This document shows, in pieces, positions 25,895-38,500 of a DNA stretch of 64,000 bases. Each line of letters opens with the position of its first letter. Positions within the stretch are counted from its first letter, which is position 1. The translations under genes and the position numbers were made by a program. The notes beneath the pieces are model-generated. The model ran no database searches. It was not told the origin of the DNA and saw only the letters and a list, made by a program, of their open reading frames with translations. The DNA is from Chara braunii (lineage: Eukaryota; Plantae; Charophyceae), in NCBI GenBank assembly GCA_003427395.1, contig BFEA01000026.1:2724756-2788755 (forward strand). The letters run 5' to 3'.

Positions 25895-26250
25895 AGTGGA
25901 ACCCCATAGCAGCCACATTTGTGCTCCAACCTCCAATGAGGAAACATGCAGGCGTTGCACCCACCAACAGCTGTGATACCTGCTAGAATAGGTGAGCAAT
26001 AGAGGTAGGTGGGGCTGCTGGTAGCATCAAGACCGATTTTCATCTGAGTGGACAGTCGTTGTGCCTCCCCTTTGGTCCCTTTCCTCTACGAACATTAGCA
26101 GTACCTGCTTAATGTCAATTGAGGGGGTCAATTGTCTATCTATAGATGGCGGGCATCAAGCACGCTAAATAGCTCCATGAGGCCAACGAGAATTGAACCC
26201 AAAACCTCCTGGATGCCACATGTCTGCCTTACCAACGGATCTAGGCCATT
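25895..26250 (-). mobile_element. tRNA-derived SINE, full-length copy
   Basis: Reverse complement reads ggcctagatccgttggtaaggc...gtggcatccaggaggttttgggttcaattc...cgccatctatagatag...gcaggtatcacagctg...atgtggctgctatggggttcc. Confidence 0.8.
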
Positions 26251-26441
26251 GACTTTTTTTGTTTTAAGCACCAATGATACATGTATTATTCTCTTGAATT
26301 CTATCTAATTATTGTTTATAAATTTGGATAATCTTTTTATTTATGCGTGTCACGCTTGTACATGTATGTTTTCTTCATATCGTTTCTATTGTAATGAATG
26401 TCTTCGAGGATTTTTTTTTTTTCCCCCCACCTAAAACGCTA

Positions 26442-26719
26442 GGCTACCAGCCGGGCCGCCCGGGTCCCGAGTGGCCAGCCCGTGCAAGGATTGGGTAAGG
26501 TCCCAACAAAAAAAAAAAAAAAAAAAAAAAAAAATCCGAAAATTTTGAGAAAAAACTAATGCAGAAAAATAAACTGAACAACTTTTGCTTCAGGGTCACA
26601 TCAAAATTCTTCACCAAATTTAAAATAAAAAATAAAATTCAAAAATATTTTATTTTTTATTATTTAAAAAAAATATTTTGGCCCGGCCGGGCAAGTGACC
26701 CCGGGCCACTCTGGTAGCC
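26442..26719. mobile_element. MITE with GGCTACCAG termini
   Basis: TA-GGCTACCAG...CTGGTAGCC-TA; GC-rich subterminal inverted segments around an AT-rich core. Confidence 0.7.
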
Positions 26720-26884
26720 TAGCTAAAATGACTTTTTATTATAGGTTTGTGCCCGAGGCAAAAATATCAATAAAATGTTGCTTGCAGGGGCAGTCAGGCG
26801 TGCCCTACTTCGCGCACAAAGGGCCACTCCTGTCTGTTATTCGTTTCATATCCAAGACTACCTTGTCGAATTACAAGGCTCCAC

Positions 26885-27212
26885 TTTTTTTTTTTTTTTT
26901 TTAACTTGCATGTCCTACTAGAGAGGTTAATACAAGCTTCCCTCTCTACTAGGACACTATCCAAATTACTCCATCTATTGGTGGGGAGCTGCATTTACTC
27001 GAAATCGGGTTTCAGCATCATTTGAGTATATGAATAACTTATGAAGGAATAATGACTGCATAATAATAAACCATACGATTGTTCTCTTTTTTCAAGTCGG
27101 TATCTTAATACAATGTTAATCGTATTGTGAAGTACACTTTATTCTTACGGTTCATAGGGAGGGAGTAGCGGCCTACCTCATTGTTCCCCGTCTTCATAAC
27201 CCATCCGACTCC

Positions 27213-27259
<47 letters not shown>

Positions 27260-27564
27260 TAACTTGCATGTCCTACTAGAGAGGTTAATACAAACTTCCC
27301 TCTCTACTAGGACACTATCCAAATTACTCCATCTATTGGTGGGGAGCTGCATCTACTCGAAATCGGGTTTCAGCGTTACTTGAGTATACGAATAACTTAT
27401 GAAGGAATAATGACTGCATAATAATAAACCATATGATTGTTCTCTTTTTTCAAGTCGGTATCTTAATACAATGTTAATCGTATTGTGAAGTACACTTTAT
27501 TCTTACGGTTCATAGGGAGGGAGTAACGGCCTACCTCATTGTTCCCCGTCTTCATAACCCATCC
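26885..27564 (-). mobile_element. Two tandem near-identical retroposon (LINE-like) 3' ends with poly(A) tails
   Basis: 26885-27206 and 27215-27564 each start with a T-run on + and share ~305 bp; both are preceded by CTCCAC. Confidence 0.8.
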
Positions 27565-28061
27565 TGGAAACTGGTGGAGCTCCCACAATCGCATAGATGG
27601 TCGGAGGTCCCATGATGTAGAAGTCGATCAACGAGATCCAAGACATGACAATTCCCTTACTATACTCACTTTCGCCAAATGTTTTGTTCATTCAATTTCT
27701 CTAATTTTTTTCTTATTTCAGTTTTTTAAAATATATTTATGTTATTTCTGCATAACGAGGGTAAAAAAATGTGCATTTATATTTTTTTTTTTCTCGTCTT
27801 TCTGTACTTCTATATTTAAGAACTTCATTCTCCTTCATTTTCTTCTTATTTCTTAATTGTAAACACAAAAAATATTGTGAGATTTTTGTTTATGTTCCTG
27901 CATTTAATTTTACATTTAAAATTTTATATTCTTTTGTCCCTCTTGAATTGTTCCTTACTTTTTAGCATAACATTTCTAATGGGAATTTCTTTGTTACTTC
28001 CCCTATATGCTTTTACGTCAAAATACAATTTTCCTTTACTCTCCACGCAACTATGTGTATT

Positions 28062-29092
28062 TGGAGGATCTGGGAGCTGCAGGTCACCGACTGGGCTCAA
28101 ACATGGGTAAATATTTCTTTTTCGCTTTTGGAATACCGGTCTCCTTCTTGACTCGAACTTGGGCCAACCGTTTTTTCCTTTTTTATATTTTAGGTTTTTT
28201 TTTTTTTTTTTTTCCAGACTTGGACTGCTATATATTCCTTGGTATCTCGAACGCTATTTACTCTTATTTTCTCAGGATCCTGGATTTGAACCTGGAATGC
28301 TATTGAGGAAACTAGTCTTCGAAAACCTCGAGGCTCTCCACCTTCTACATTCATGCTTAGTATTTTCAATAGTTTTCTGCATGATTCTGTTTGGAAGAAC
28401 GTTTTTTTTTTTTTTAACTTATTTGCTTCAGGCCGAGTTTTTCGTTATGTTCTTTCGATTTTCAATCTCTCAAACACCTTAATAATGAAAGTGTTCTTCA
28501 CGGTTTAGTCGAATTAAGCGAGGTTTTGACGTGCTGATGTTTAGTATTTAGTACCACATTGACAATGATACGACCTCCTCCTTTGTGACACCGACCCTTG
28601 ATGAGTGTTGGCAGATGATCAGCTGAAACGCGGTGTAGGGTCAAATCTTCACTTTAGTAACTGGGTAGGAATGTTCAGTAGCTTTACGGTCTTATGGTTG
28701 TCGACTCAGCAATATCGAGTTGCTAGTTTCAACAGGTTGTACTTTGATAGAACAATATTTTTTTTGACCTGTTGGATGCGTTCGGGGGAACTCAGTTGTC
28801 GTGTGGTGGTACTTCCCTCGTGTCTTCTAACTGCTTCTCCCTCTTTTTTTTTTCCTCTCCCCCTCCCTCCCTCTCTCTCTCTCACCACCCTTTTCTCTCT
28901 CTCTTTCTTCTTTCCTATTTCTCTTCTTTTCCTCTCTCTCTCCCCCTCCCTCTCTCCCTCTCACCACCCTTCTCTCTCTCTCTCTTCTTTCCTATTTCTC
29001 TTATTTTCCTCTCTCTCTCCCCCTCCCTCCCTTTCTCCCTCTCACCACCCTTCTCTCTCTCACTCTCTCTTCTTTCATATTTTCCCCTTCCA
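28062..29092 (+). repeat. 5' pseudo-LTR of the Penelope-like element
   Basis: Colinear diverged copy of 40196-41104 (shared ctgggagctgc, gctattgaggaaactagt, tagtatttagtaccacattgacaatga, aactcagttgtc, then a CT-rich tract). Confidence 0.85.
28593..28642 (+). ncRNA. Degenerate minimal type I hammerhead ribozyme motif in the 5' pLTR
   Basis: GACCC-TTGATGA-GT-GTTGG..TCAGC-T-GAAA-CGCGGTG-TA-GGGTC: stem I, near-canonical core (C3->T), stem II, GAAA, minimal stem III, UH site. Confidence 0.6.
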
Positions 29093-29367
29093 CTGAGTAC
29101 AGTGCAGAAAAAGGACCATAAAAAGGCATCTAGCAGTGAGAATCTAGTGGACAAATTATTAAAAGAAAACGACAAACTCAGAAGGAAGATGATTAAGACC
29201 CACCATTCGTTCGGGGACGATATTTGAAGTTTGAAACGGAAAATCAAGGAATTGAAGAAGAAAAGAGACAAAAAACTACTAGAAAAACTCAAGGTAGAGG
29301 TTGTGAAGTCGAGGAAGGAAATGGAAGATTCTGTAGAAGAAGCTACGCAATAGATGAACGAAGCATT

Positions 29368-29841
29368 GCGATCGGGGAACAAGCGATGGCATATTCCGCT
29401 CGACACACCAGAATGCAACACAAGGACCAAATCGAGGTTCCGGTTTGCAGAGACACCGGAAGAATAGAGACTTAAAAAAAAGGTAAAAAGGCTAAAGGAA
29501 ATAAAATATTGTACTCAGAGAGAGGTGGACGTCTTAAAGGAGAAGAGGATGGAAGCAACAACTAGGAGAATGACAATATAAGCAAAGATCGTGGTCCGAA
29601 GGGAGCGATAGGGGAACAAGCGATGACATATTCCGCTCGACACACCAGAATGCAACACAAGGATCAAATCGAGGTTACGGGTTGCAGAGACACCGAAAGA
29701 ATAAAGACTTAAAAAAAAGGTAAAAAGGCTGAAGGAAATAAAATATTGTACTCAGAGAGAGGTGGACGTTTTAAAGGAGAAGAGGATGGAAGCAACAGCT
29801 AGGAGAATGACAACATAGGCAAAGATCGTGGTACGAAGGGA
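29368..29841 (+). repeat. 237-bp tandem duplication inside the PLE N-terminal region
   Basis: 29368-29604 repeated at 29605-29841 with few mismatches. Confidence 0.9.
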
Positions 29842-30449
29842 GAAAATGAGTAAGTTATTTACAGAGGTCGAAGGTGTTGCGTCGAGGGGCACAAATTTGA
29901 AAGCTAAGCTAGATGAAGCGGTGATGAGCATGTAGAGGACAAGAAAAAGGAGGCGACCGAATAACACACAAAGGATTACGTCAAAAGGCATAGAGAGAAA
30001 AATCAGAGTGAATAACAAATTTGTGTTTCTACACGAAGAGAAAGAAAAACTCAATGCGTTGAAAAAGACATAAATGAAAAAATTGTGTGATGAATTGGGT
30101 ATAAAGCACAAGACTATCAATCTAACATTAGAGAAATTGATGGAGTTGAAAGCGGATCAAATTTTCATACGATGAGAGAAGGCGAAGGAAGATACAGGCG
30201 TGGAGCCAACCTTTGACGAGTACCAGCCAGTCAGAGGACGTGGCTAAAATCGACCCAAAATGCGTGAGGAGTTTTGTCGGACGCAGTGTAGGACGTCTAT
30301 CTTTGTAGATGGTACGATGAGAAGAGACTTGGAAAAGAAGTACCGATAAATCTGTTTTATCTCAGGTTCTGTTGAACGAAATTCTTTGGGCGACAAAACT
30401 CGGTGGGTACTTAAGAAGGATTCAGGAGGAGTGTGTGAATTTGGTGAGT

Positions 30450-30740
30450 TGTGCGGGTTTTTTGGTCTATGTCTTAATCTAATCCTGGACTAAGCATATC
30501 TTTATAGGTGCTACGAGTCGAAATTTAGATGTGAGATGGAGGGAGCACGTGTTTAGGGCAATTAATGAGGTAGTGAAGGAATAGGGGAAGCGAAACCACC
30601 AACTGTACACCTGGCTCAGACGATGCGGTACAAAAATATATATTGCTTTACTACAATTTAAATGTGCAGAGAAAAATTTATTCGATTTCAAGAAATTCAT
30701 TATCCGCTTGACGAACCCGCATCTCAATAGTAAGGACAAA
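30450..30740 (+). pseudogene. GIY-YIG endonuclease remnant of the PLE
   Basis: Manual translation: LVYVLI*SWTKHIFIGATSRNLDVRWREH...LYTWL...IIRLTNPHLN, i.e. VY/FIG, catalytic R, EH and terminal P-x-LN pattern, with in-frame stops. Confidence 0.8.
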
Positions 30741-30762
30741 TCGAAGAAGCATACAACATAAT

Positions 30763-31278
30763 CATTTCCTACAATTAAATCATCATATTCCATAATAAAT
30801 ATACATTCTAAAATTAAAAGGTAATTTCATCTTAAAAATGTTATTCCACTTTTAAAATTTCCCTTTCTACTTAAAAACTTTTCTTCCAAGAATGCGGTAT
30901 CTCTTCTTGTTTGAACTGCGTGCTTGAAAAGAAATAAAAGTCTGGATGAGTTTTGATAAATTATACTATCATTCTATTATAAAGATTTATAGTTATAAAC
31001 AGGTAAATTCAATCTTAATTGGAAGATATTTTTTATAGTAGAATGAAAATTTAATTAAGACATTTCATAAGCTTATTCAGACTTTCATTCCATCTTCAAT
31101 AAATAAATGTAGGTGGAAAGAAAAAATTATTTTTAGACGAAAAATTATCAAATAAAACTGGAAATTTTAAAAGTGGAAAAACTGTGAAATGATAATTTTT
31201 AAAACATAAATATTTTTTTTAAATAGAATATTTTTTTAATTTTGATTTCTTGTGGAAAAATTTTTACTATAGGAAATG
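30763..31278. mobile_element. AT-rich non-autonomous TIR element inserted in the PLE just after the GIY-YIG domain
   Basis: Abrupt AT-rich block bounded by imperfect inverted ends CATTTCCTA...TAGGAAATG; PLE-like coding sequence (GKRERSRKK) resumes after it. No clear TSD. Confidence 0.55.
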
Positions 31279-31918
31279 TCGGGAGGGGAAAAGAGAAAGA
31301 TCGAGGAAAAAGAAACATGGTAGAGCGCTAAAGAAAGCTACAAAAAAAAGAAGGACACATATTAGTTTCGCGCTGTTAGGAAAGGGGACGTCGATGAATT
31401 TGCTGCATATTCTCAATAAATATCGGGATGAAAGGCATCAAGGCAATGAAAATCCACTGCAAGGGCGGAGAGTTAATTATTAGTAAATCAATGAAAACTA
31501 TTAAAGTGTGTGTACGACTCTTCAGTTGTGGACAAAACAATTATGAAAGGCGAGAGGTTAGTTGATGGATGAAGAGGTGTCGAACTTTGTATCCACTGTA
31601 CCTTTTTGTTCCTCCACTCTAGTTTTTAAGCTTGTGTTTGTGGACTTAGTAAAGAATCTTGTGTCAAGAAAATAGTTAGAGTTGGAGTTTTGGCAGATTA
31701 GTATGAATGTATAGTGTCGTTAGGAGTTCTTCTGAGAAATGGACTCGTTTCGCCTTACACTGTGTGATTTCAGGGGTCATAAAGGAAAAGTTTGAGATAA
31801 ACTTCCGAAGCGGAATAGTGTGAGGACTACCTACGATGATAGGCTCTGTAAGGCGAAAATAAGAGGTTTGTATAGGAGGTTGTTCCACGATTTGAATCTA
31901 GATGAAGCATGAGGACGT

Positions 31919-32580
31919 ATGCTGATAAGGCGGTTGTGGGTTGTGTGGGCCACGAATCCTACTGTCGGAGATATTCTGCATAATTTCATAACTTTCTCTC
32001 AAACCGAGGATCATGTATGTTGCTCTGAAGGTGTGGAGGGTGTGTTCCTTCAGGTAGACGGTCATATCCTCTTTCGGTTGAGTGAAGTCGATTTCGTTCC
32101 ACCTTGGATGAAGAACGCTAGAAATATCATGTCTCCATCTGCCAGAGACTCAGAAAAGGATTTGAGGAAGACAATAAAAACGGCTTTGTCACACCTGCCA
32201 CTAGATAATACTCACACTTTCTCTATTATGATGAGACACAATCAGTTGTTGGATTGTTTTAATGACAATAAGGAGAGGTGTTGTGAGGGGTGCAATGCAG
32301 ATGTGGTCAAGGAATGAGAACGACGCATGGAGGGGCTCGTACATTGCCCTATTGATCACAACCTATGAGACTCCCTTGTATATTATCCTATCGTTTATAG
32401 ATAAGGAATGGAGAAGCTATTTTTAAAGAACCACGGACTGGTCATATATAAGGAAACGAAAGACAAAATCAACGGAAAGAATAAAGAGAGATACAAGTAG
32501 AAAAGTTTCGAGGAATTGGGAGGATGGAATGGAAGAGCTACGCTCGGAAAAGGGTATGTCATCCTGAAGCATAAGAACGT
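31919..32580 (+). pseudogene. PLE linker (CxC/GH-like) and RT N-terminal part up to motif 1
   Basis: NPTVGDILHN...HVCCSEG...VDGHILFRLSE; GLVHCPIDHN; WNGRATLGKGYVILKHKN, then interrupted at 32580. Confidence 0.75.
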
Positions 32581-35500
32581 TGTCAGTGTGAATACCCTTA
32601 GAAGGGTATCCGCCCTGGGTTTTCTCAAGTGACAGAAAATAAGTTAGAGCACATCGCGTGAATCGCGGCTCTCTATTGTTAATGCCGACTGGATGGTTGA
32701 CTGAGAATAAAGTGTGTGTGGGCACGCAGACTTAAGGCGCGTGTGATCTCTTTCTTGTTAATGACTATAGAACCGGCACTTTGCCGGCCAAATTCTCATC
32801 TCTTATTAAAATAAGAACAAAAGGATGTCTGACGAATGGATTACTTGCGCGGGACATGTGCATACGTGTGGAGGATGACAATATGGCTTTGAAACATTTC
32901 CGTGGATCCGCTCATCGTGCAGCACCCGCGTATATAGGCGTCCGTCAAAACTAGACCCCACCTTGAGCATGAACCTCTTTTTCGTTGACCTGTGGGTTCC
33001 TTGTGTGTTCGGGATGTTGGTGAAGGTCCTTGGCACCACCGTCTTAAGACCGGACGGAGAAGTCCGACGTACATGGGAGTCGGTGGGTGATTAGCCCACG
33101 GACCGAAATAAATTTGAGTGGCGGGACTTTTTGTGGGAGCACCGTCCGTTCCCCGTGGTCCATTGTGGAGGGGTTGAGTGTAAGTATGCCCTCTGGACTC
33201 TCCTTCACTTTGGTCTTCAAAATTCTCATTTGAATATTTGCCTCTACCACAGAGATCAACACCCAATCGTTTCACCTAGGCCCGCGCTTAGGCAAACAGC
33301 AGACCCACACCCTCGGCTCCACGACCTGCTATGAGAAGCTTGAGTGGGGTTTGTCCACTGACAAGCTGAAGAGGCGGGGCCTGCTTGAAGGAGGCGGGCC
33401 AGGGGACACCCGGAGGAGAGTGGTGGGCGCTGCTCGTGCAGAACAAGGCCAGAGGAAACTCGTGTGGAGGGTTGCAGCGACACTTAGTGGGTGACGCACT
33501 GTCGGACAGGTATAGGGGCGAGCGACTAATTGAGCCGCTAGTAGTTGATTCCCTTCGAAGTTCCCCCTCCTTCTACTCTTGCGAGACCGGCTAGGCGCAT
33601 CAAGTTGCGCAAGGCACTATTGGACCGCTGCCTACTGTAGTTACGTTAATAGTGAAACGAAAGGGGGACGGGGCACGAAGGTAGCGAGGAGCCGAGGCGA
33701 CTGCCAGAAGAAGAGCACGAAGGCACAAGAAGGGAGGAAGAACCTTAGCGCAAAATCGCGCCGGATACATTCAGCAGCAGGTACGAAGATGGCAGGAGAC
33801 AGGATGGGCGAGGGGGAAGGAGCTTACTAGCTCACTCGATTCGTGTCGGAATCGAGCGAGAGAGGGGACAACTTTGGGGTTTTAACCCCGGGCGAGCGCG
33901 ATTATGATATTAGTTTTTGGGGTAGATTAATAGTATTAGAGTTAGATGAAGAACTTAGTGAGCGGGACATGGCGGAAGGAAGAGTGACTGGCGACCCCAA
34001 GATACGAATAACTTACCCGATTCTTGTCAGAATCGGGTGAAGTAAAAAGCGATTCCGTGGTTTTGAAGGACGACAAAGTCAATCTTGAAGTTAGTTTGAG
34101 TAGAGGATTAGTAGAAACGAAGTTAGTTGGGGAAAGTGGTGCGCGGATAAGGAGAGGCAATGGAAGTAAAAACCGAGATCTTGCTCGATACTCTATAGAA
34201 TCGAGCAAATTCAAGTTAGAGTGTTAGCCGGGCGTTTTGAGGAGCTGCGAATAGGATGGTGGGGTTAGTTTCAAAGATTAGTGGTTACTTTTAGTGTTGT
34301 ATCGCTAACAGGCTGCGCCGTGAGTAAAAGGAGAAAACTAAAAAAAGAATGTATCTATCCCGCTTCTAGTGGAAGATACATTCCCATTTTGCCAGAAGCA
34401 AGTATCGTCGTGTCTATGGTGTAACCAATAGTTATCAGGGGGCATCATGAAGGTCATAGCGTTCGTGTTCCTTCACACCGTCGGGTTCTCTTCTTCGATG
34501 AGCCCGCGATGGTCTTCTGCCGACTGGTACTGGGATAACCATCCTCGCGCTCTCTCTATTGCTAAGGAAAACTGAGATTCGGGGCGTTTGCCTCGCTGCT
34601 CGTAGCCACCATGATGTCACATTTTGTGGTCCTCTCTGTGATATTTTCTCTTTTGAAGCTCGTTGTCATACTTACAGGAGTCGACATGTTTAGATGGCCG
34701 TCCCCCCCCGCTCAACAGTGTATCTTCCAACAGAAGATTCAACTTCGCACCCGGGGCAGATCCACAAGCTGTTAACAGGGACCCCCACTTTTCAACCTTG
34801 GTTAACCCCTTCAACCCTGAAAAGTGCATTGGAGATCTTTTTTTGTGTTTTTTCTGTTTTTTTTCTTTTGCTTTGTTTGTTTTTGGTCAAGGTTTATTTT
34901 GTTGGGTTTTTGGAGTTGACTGTTTTCGCTAGCCCTGAAAAATCCTGAAAATCCTGAAAACTGAAATGAGTGAATTTCGCATGAAAACACACTTTTGCCT
35001 TGCTTTTTTATGGTTTTTTAAAGTTCTGTTTTCATTTTTTTTTTCATAAGTAGTTAGTATGATCTCCACTCTATGAATAGGTGGCAAGTTTGATTGACCC
35101 TTGGGTTTTGTTATAAATGGCCTGACAAGTGGTCTGAAAATTGAGGTCTCCGTTAACCGTCTCTCTGCAGATCGAAGCGGGCTGCACCCGCCTTGAAACA
35201 GAGTCAGTGAAGGAGAAAATGGAAAAAATAAGGGGTCAGGACCTGGCCAAACAATCGTTCCGGTGCAAGTAAGAAAGGATTGTCGGAAACCCGAAGAAGA
35301 ACGCCAAGGAGATTCAAAGTTTACTTGGCTTATCTGTAGGGGGTCGGGGTCGACGCCGTCATAGTCGCGACAACTGTCTTCTTCAACAGCGAGGGCTGAC
35401 TCACGTAGAGCTTGCCATACTAGTCCTCACCACCATGAAGGCCGTCTCCTCGGTTGCCAGCTGGAGCGTATTTACCTTTGTCGTGATTCCAGTTTGAATT

Positions 35501-38500
35501 TCAGTAATCTTCGGGTTGTGTGTGATTGGCTGAAATCACCATCGAGGCCTGGCGGTGTTGTTCGTGGTCGAGCGTCCGATTGAATGATGTCAAAATCGGG
35601 GTTGCAACTCCTTCATACCAGCCTAGGCACAGACACCGGAGGAGAGAGAGAGAGAGGGGGGAGGGGTATGACGTGCGAGCACATCATTGCCTTTCTCTGT
35701 CGTACTTGCTCAGGGGTGTTGCGTAATTACTGGTACCAGCCAAGCATGGACTGGGGCACACAACCGATTTTTGAAGTTCTTGTCGGGTTTCAGTACATTG
35801 CAGAGCTTAAGTCTGTGTGTGTCCGCTCGCCCTGGTCTGTTGTGCCTATCTGAGTGCTAGTCGGCTTAAACCACAGGTCTCCCCGCCACCGAACCCCCCC
35901 AGTCCCTGTGAGTTAGGGCCGGGTTGTACGGAGGGGCGGCGACCGTACGGAGGCGCCGGGTTGTACGGAGGCCGACGGGTCCAATCCCGCCATTTTGCAA
36001 GCGGCAACTTTGCCGATTTTTTGTGCTAAGAAGGAGTCATGAAAATATCTGAAAATTTGAGGGTCCGTAGATTAGGTCGTGATCTTTCAGGGAAAAATAT
36101 TAGAAAAAAAAATAAAAAATCATTTTGACGGTGAAATATTCGCTGTGCCGATTCGGTTTATTTCTATTTTTTGTCGCAAATTTCGTACGGAGGCCCGCCC
36201 GGTTTTCCACGCTGTACTACCGGTACCCGTTGTGAAACGGCGCTACCGGTACCCCGAGGTTTTTGACGTCAGGGGGACCTGTGGTTTAAGAATGTGTGTG
36301 AGCCACAAGGGCACTTGTTAGTCAGAGGAATCCGAACATGCTGGCATTTACCCGTTGCTGTGACATTGAAAGTTGCAGCGGAGAGACACTCGAGTAGCAG
36401 GGGAAGGAGCGGTGGTGCTGGGCCAATCTTAGTGGTAGAGTGGCCTTTCTGGGGGAACAATTGACGAACTAGGCCGTGAACTGCTACGTTTTACCCCGCT
36501 GTTGCAGATTGACACTATTTGAGAAAAATACTGAGTAAAGCGGTGGACTGTTGAAGCAGGGGAGGCTGCAATAGTTTAGCTGAGTGGTGCAAGATAGACT
36601 GTTGGCGTGTGCATGGCCCGTCCTATTGTTCGAAACAACTGGTGGAGAGCTGCGAACTGGCGAACCTCCCCGCGACCTTACATTTCCGGTAATGAGCATT
36701 GCGGTAGAGTTTGAGTTCGTTGAGTGAGGAGGTTTTGCTGCGACTCGGTGAGCCGTCGGATGGTCAACATCGGTGGTCTAACTTCAGTAGACCAGGCCAC
36801 GACGCATTCTGGCCGCCATTGTGGGGCCCTCGGACGATCGAAGGTATCAAAGACCTCTCATGCGAGTTGAGTTAGTTCCTCTCTTGTATCTCGAGAGTCT
36901 GAAAACCCTTATTCTGCCCTTCTTAATCTAAGTCTAATCTTGTTCAAAGAGGAAGGCGGCATGCGGGATTGCAACCCGTAGGGCTGCATCAAGACTCTGT
37001 AGGGAGTCCGCCCACCGATTGCGGGAGCTCTGCTGGAACCTAGGCGAGGTTCTGGAGGCAGGGAACCGACAGGTATACCACCTTTTGACAGTATGAACCC
37101 TCTATACCCTTGTTTGACTATCTCCCTCTAGTTAGACTGTTGTATGCATGTGTTCCCTTATGACTTTTGCTTTCTTTTCAGGATTCGATCAACTGAATGA
37201 AAAGAACGTGTGAGAGTGAAACTTAAATTTCTTCTTTATTTTGTCTGAAAGCAGATTAATGGATGAACTGGAAAATGTGAAAGGAAGATAGTGTGCATGT
37301 GTTTGACCGGGTCAATCAAGAATTGGGCATTGTTTCTAAGCTGAATGACACAGGGGTATGTTTATTTGGTTGTTTTCAGAAGGGCCAAGCATTATATTTT
37401 GATAGGTGGCGATTGTGACGATCCATCCTTAAATAGGGGAGATTCTGCCAAGGGTTTACCTTTTCTTTGGACACTTACTAGGGGTTGACCTAGACTTAGT
37501 TGCCAGTTAGCTTTGAGTGAGAATGTGTTATGGAGGTTCATCCCCCATATATTGATATTTAACTTGGGGATTAACCTGTATTGTGGTACATGTCATTTTT
37601 TATCATTCTGATTCAAAATTTTGACTAGTTTCAGTTTGATCCCATGAGGATCATCTTTTGTTATCACTGATAACAAGTCGTTTGCCAATTCGTGGATTTA
37701 CGACTCAACTTCAGTCCACTCTTGCCAGTCAACCTAAAGGCTTTAGCCCTGTGGTTTGAATGATTTTGTTATATTTTTAACCGGACTTTATTGAATGGTC
37801 ATTTAACAAAGATATTGAGTACTTTATTTTAAGAGTTGCACAAAGAGTGAGGCTTGTATGACTAAAGCGAGGGGTGTGAGTGTAGAGAATGGTTGACATT
37901 GACCCCGTGTAGTGCATGAATTTTTGGTTGAATCTTTGATGTGATTGCATTCATGTTTGGTGGTTCGGACTTTGGATTTGATTGCCTGCGATCACATACA
38001 TATATATGGCTGAGGAGACCACTTTGATTGTGAGAAGTGATCATCACATATTTATTACCCTCTTTCTATATATACATATATACATATGCGTTGGGTGTTC
38101 GTGCGGCCTATTGTGGCCGTGTGTAAAGCTTAAACATATTATGTTTTGAGAGAAAAGAAAGATCCATTTTTATCTTTTTTGCTTTTTAAAGTTTTTACAG
38201 TTGGATGTTGTAGTCCGTCACAGCCGTAAAAGTCAAACCGCTTGAGTTCTCTCAAGCACCTGGATGATGGAGCTGGCCCCCAGGGCAATAAGAGACGATT
38301 GTCACCACATGTATGAACCTGTGTATCACCCACTTTCCTCAGGGTGCAGAAGAGGGTGTGGTTCTCAACCGCACTTGGTGGTTGTCTAACGTCGAGAGAT
38401 TAACCCCTCAACTTGAAGGCGCGTGTCAGCCGACACTTAAGTGTCGAATGCGACCCTCGAGATTAACGAGGACCACATGAGTATGGGTATTACACAGTAC

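Noticed and set aside
35290-35335. PKKNAKEIQSLLGLS, resembling the gypsy RT thumb
   Set aside because: Isolated 15 codons with no flanking pol similarity; may be chance.
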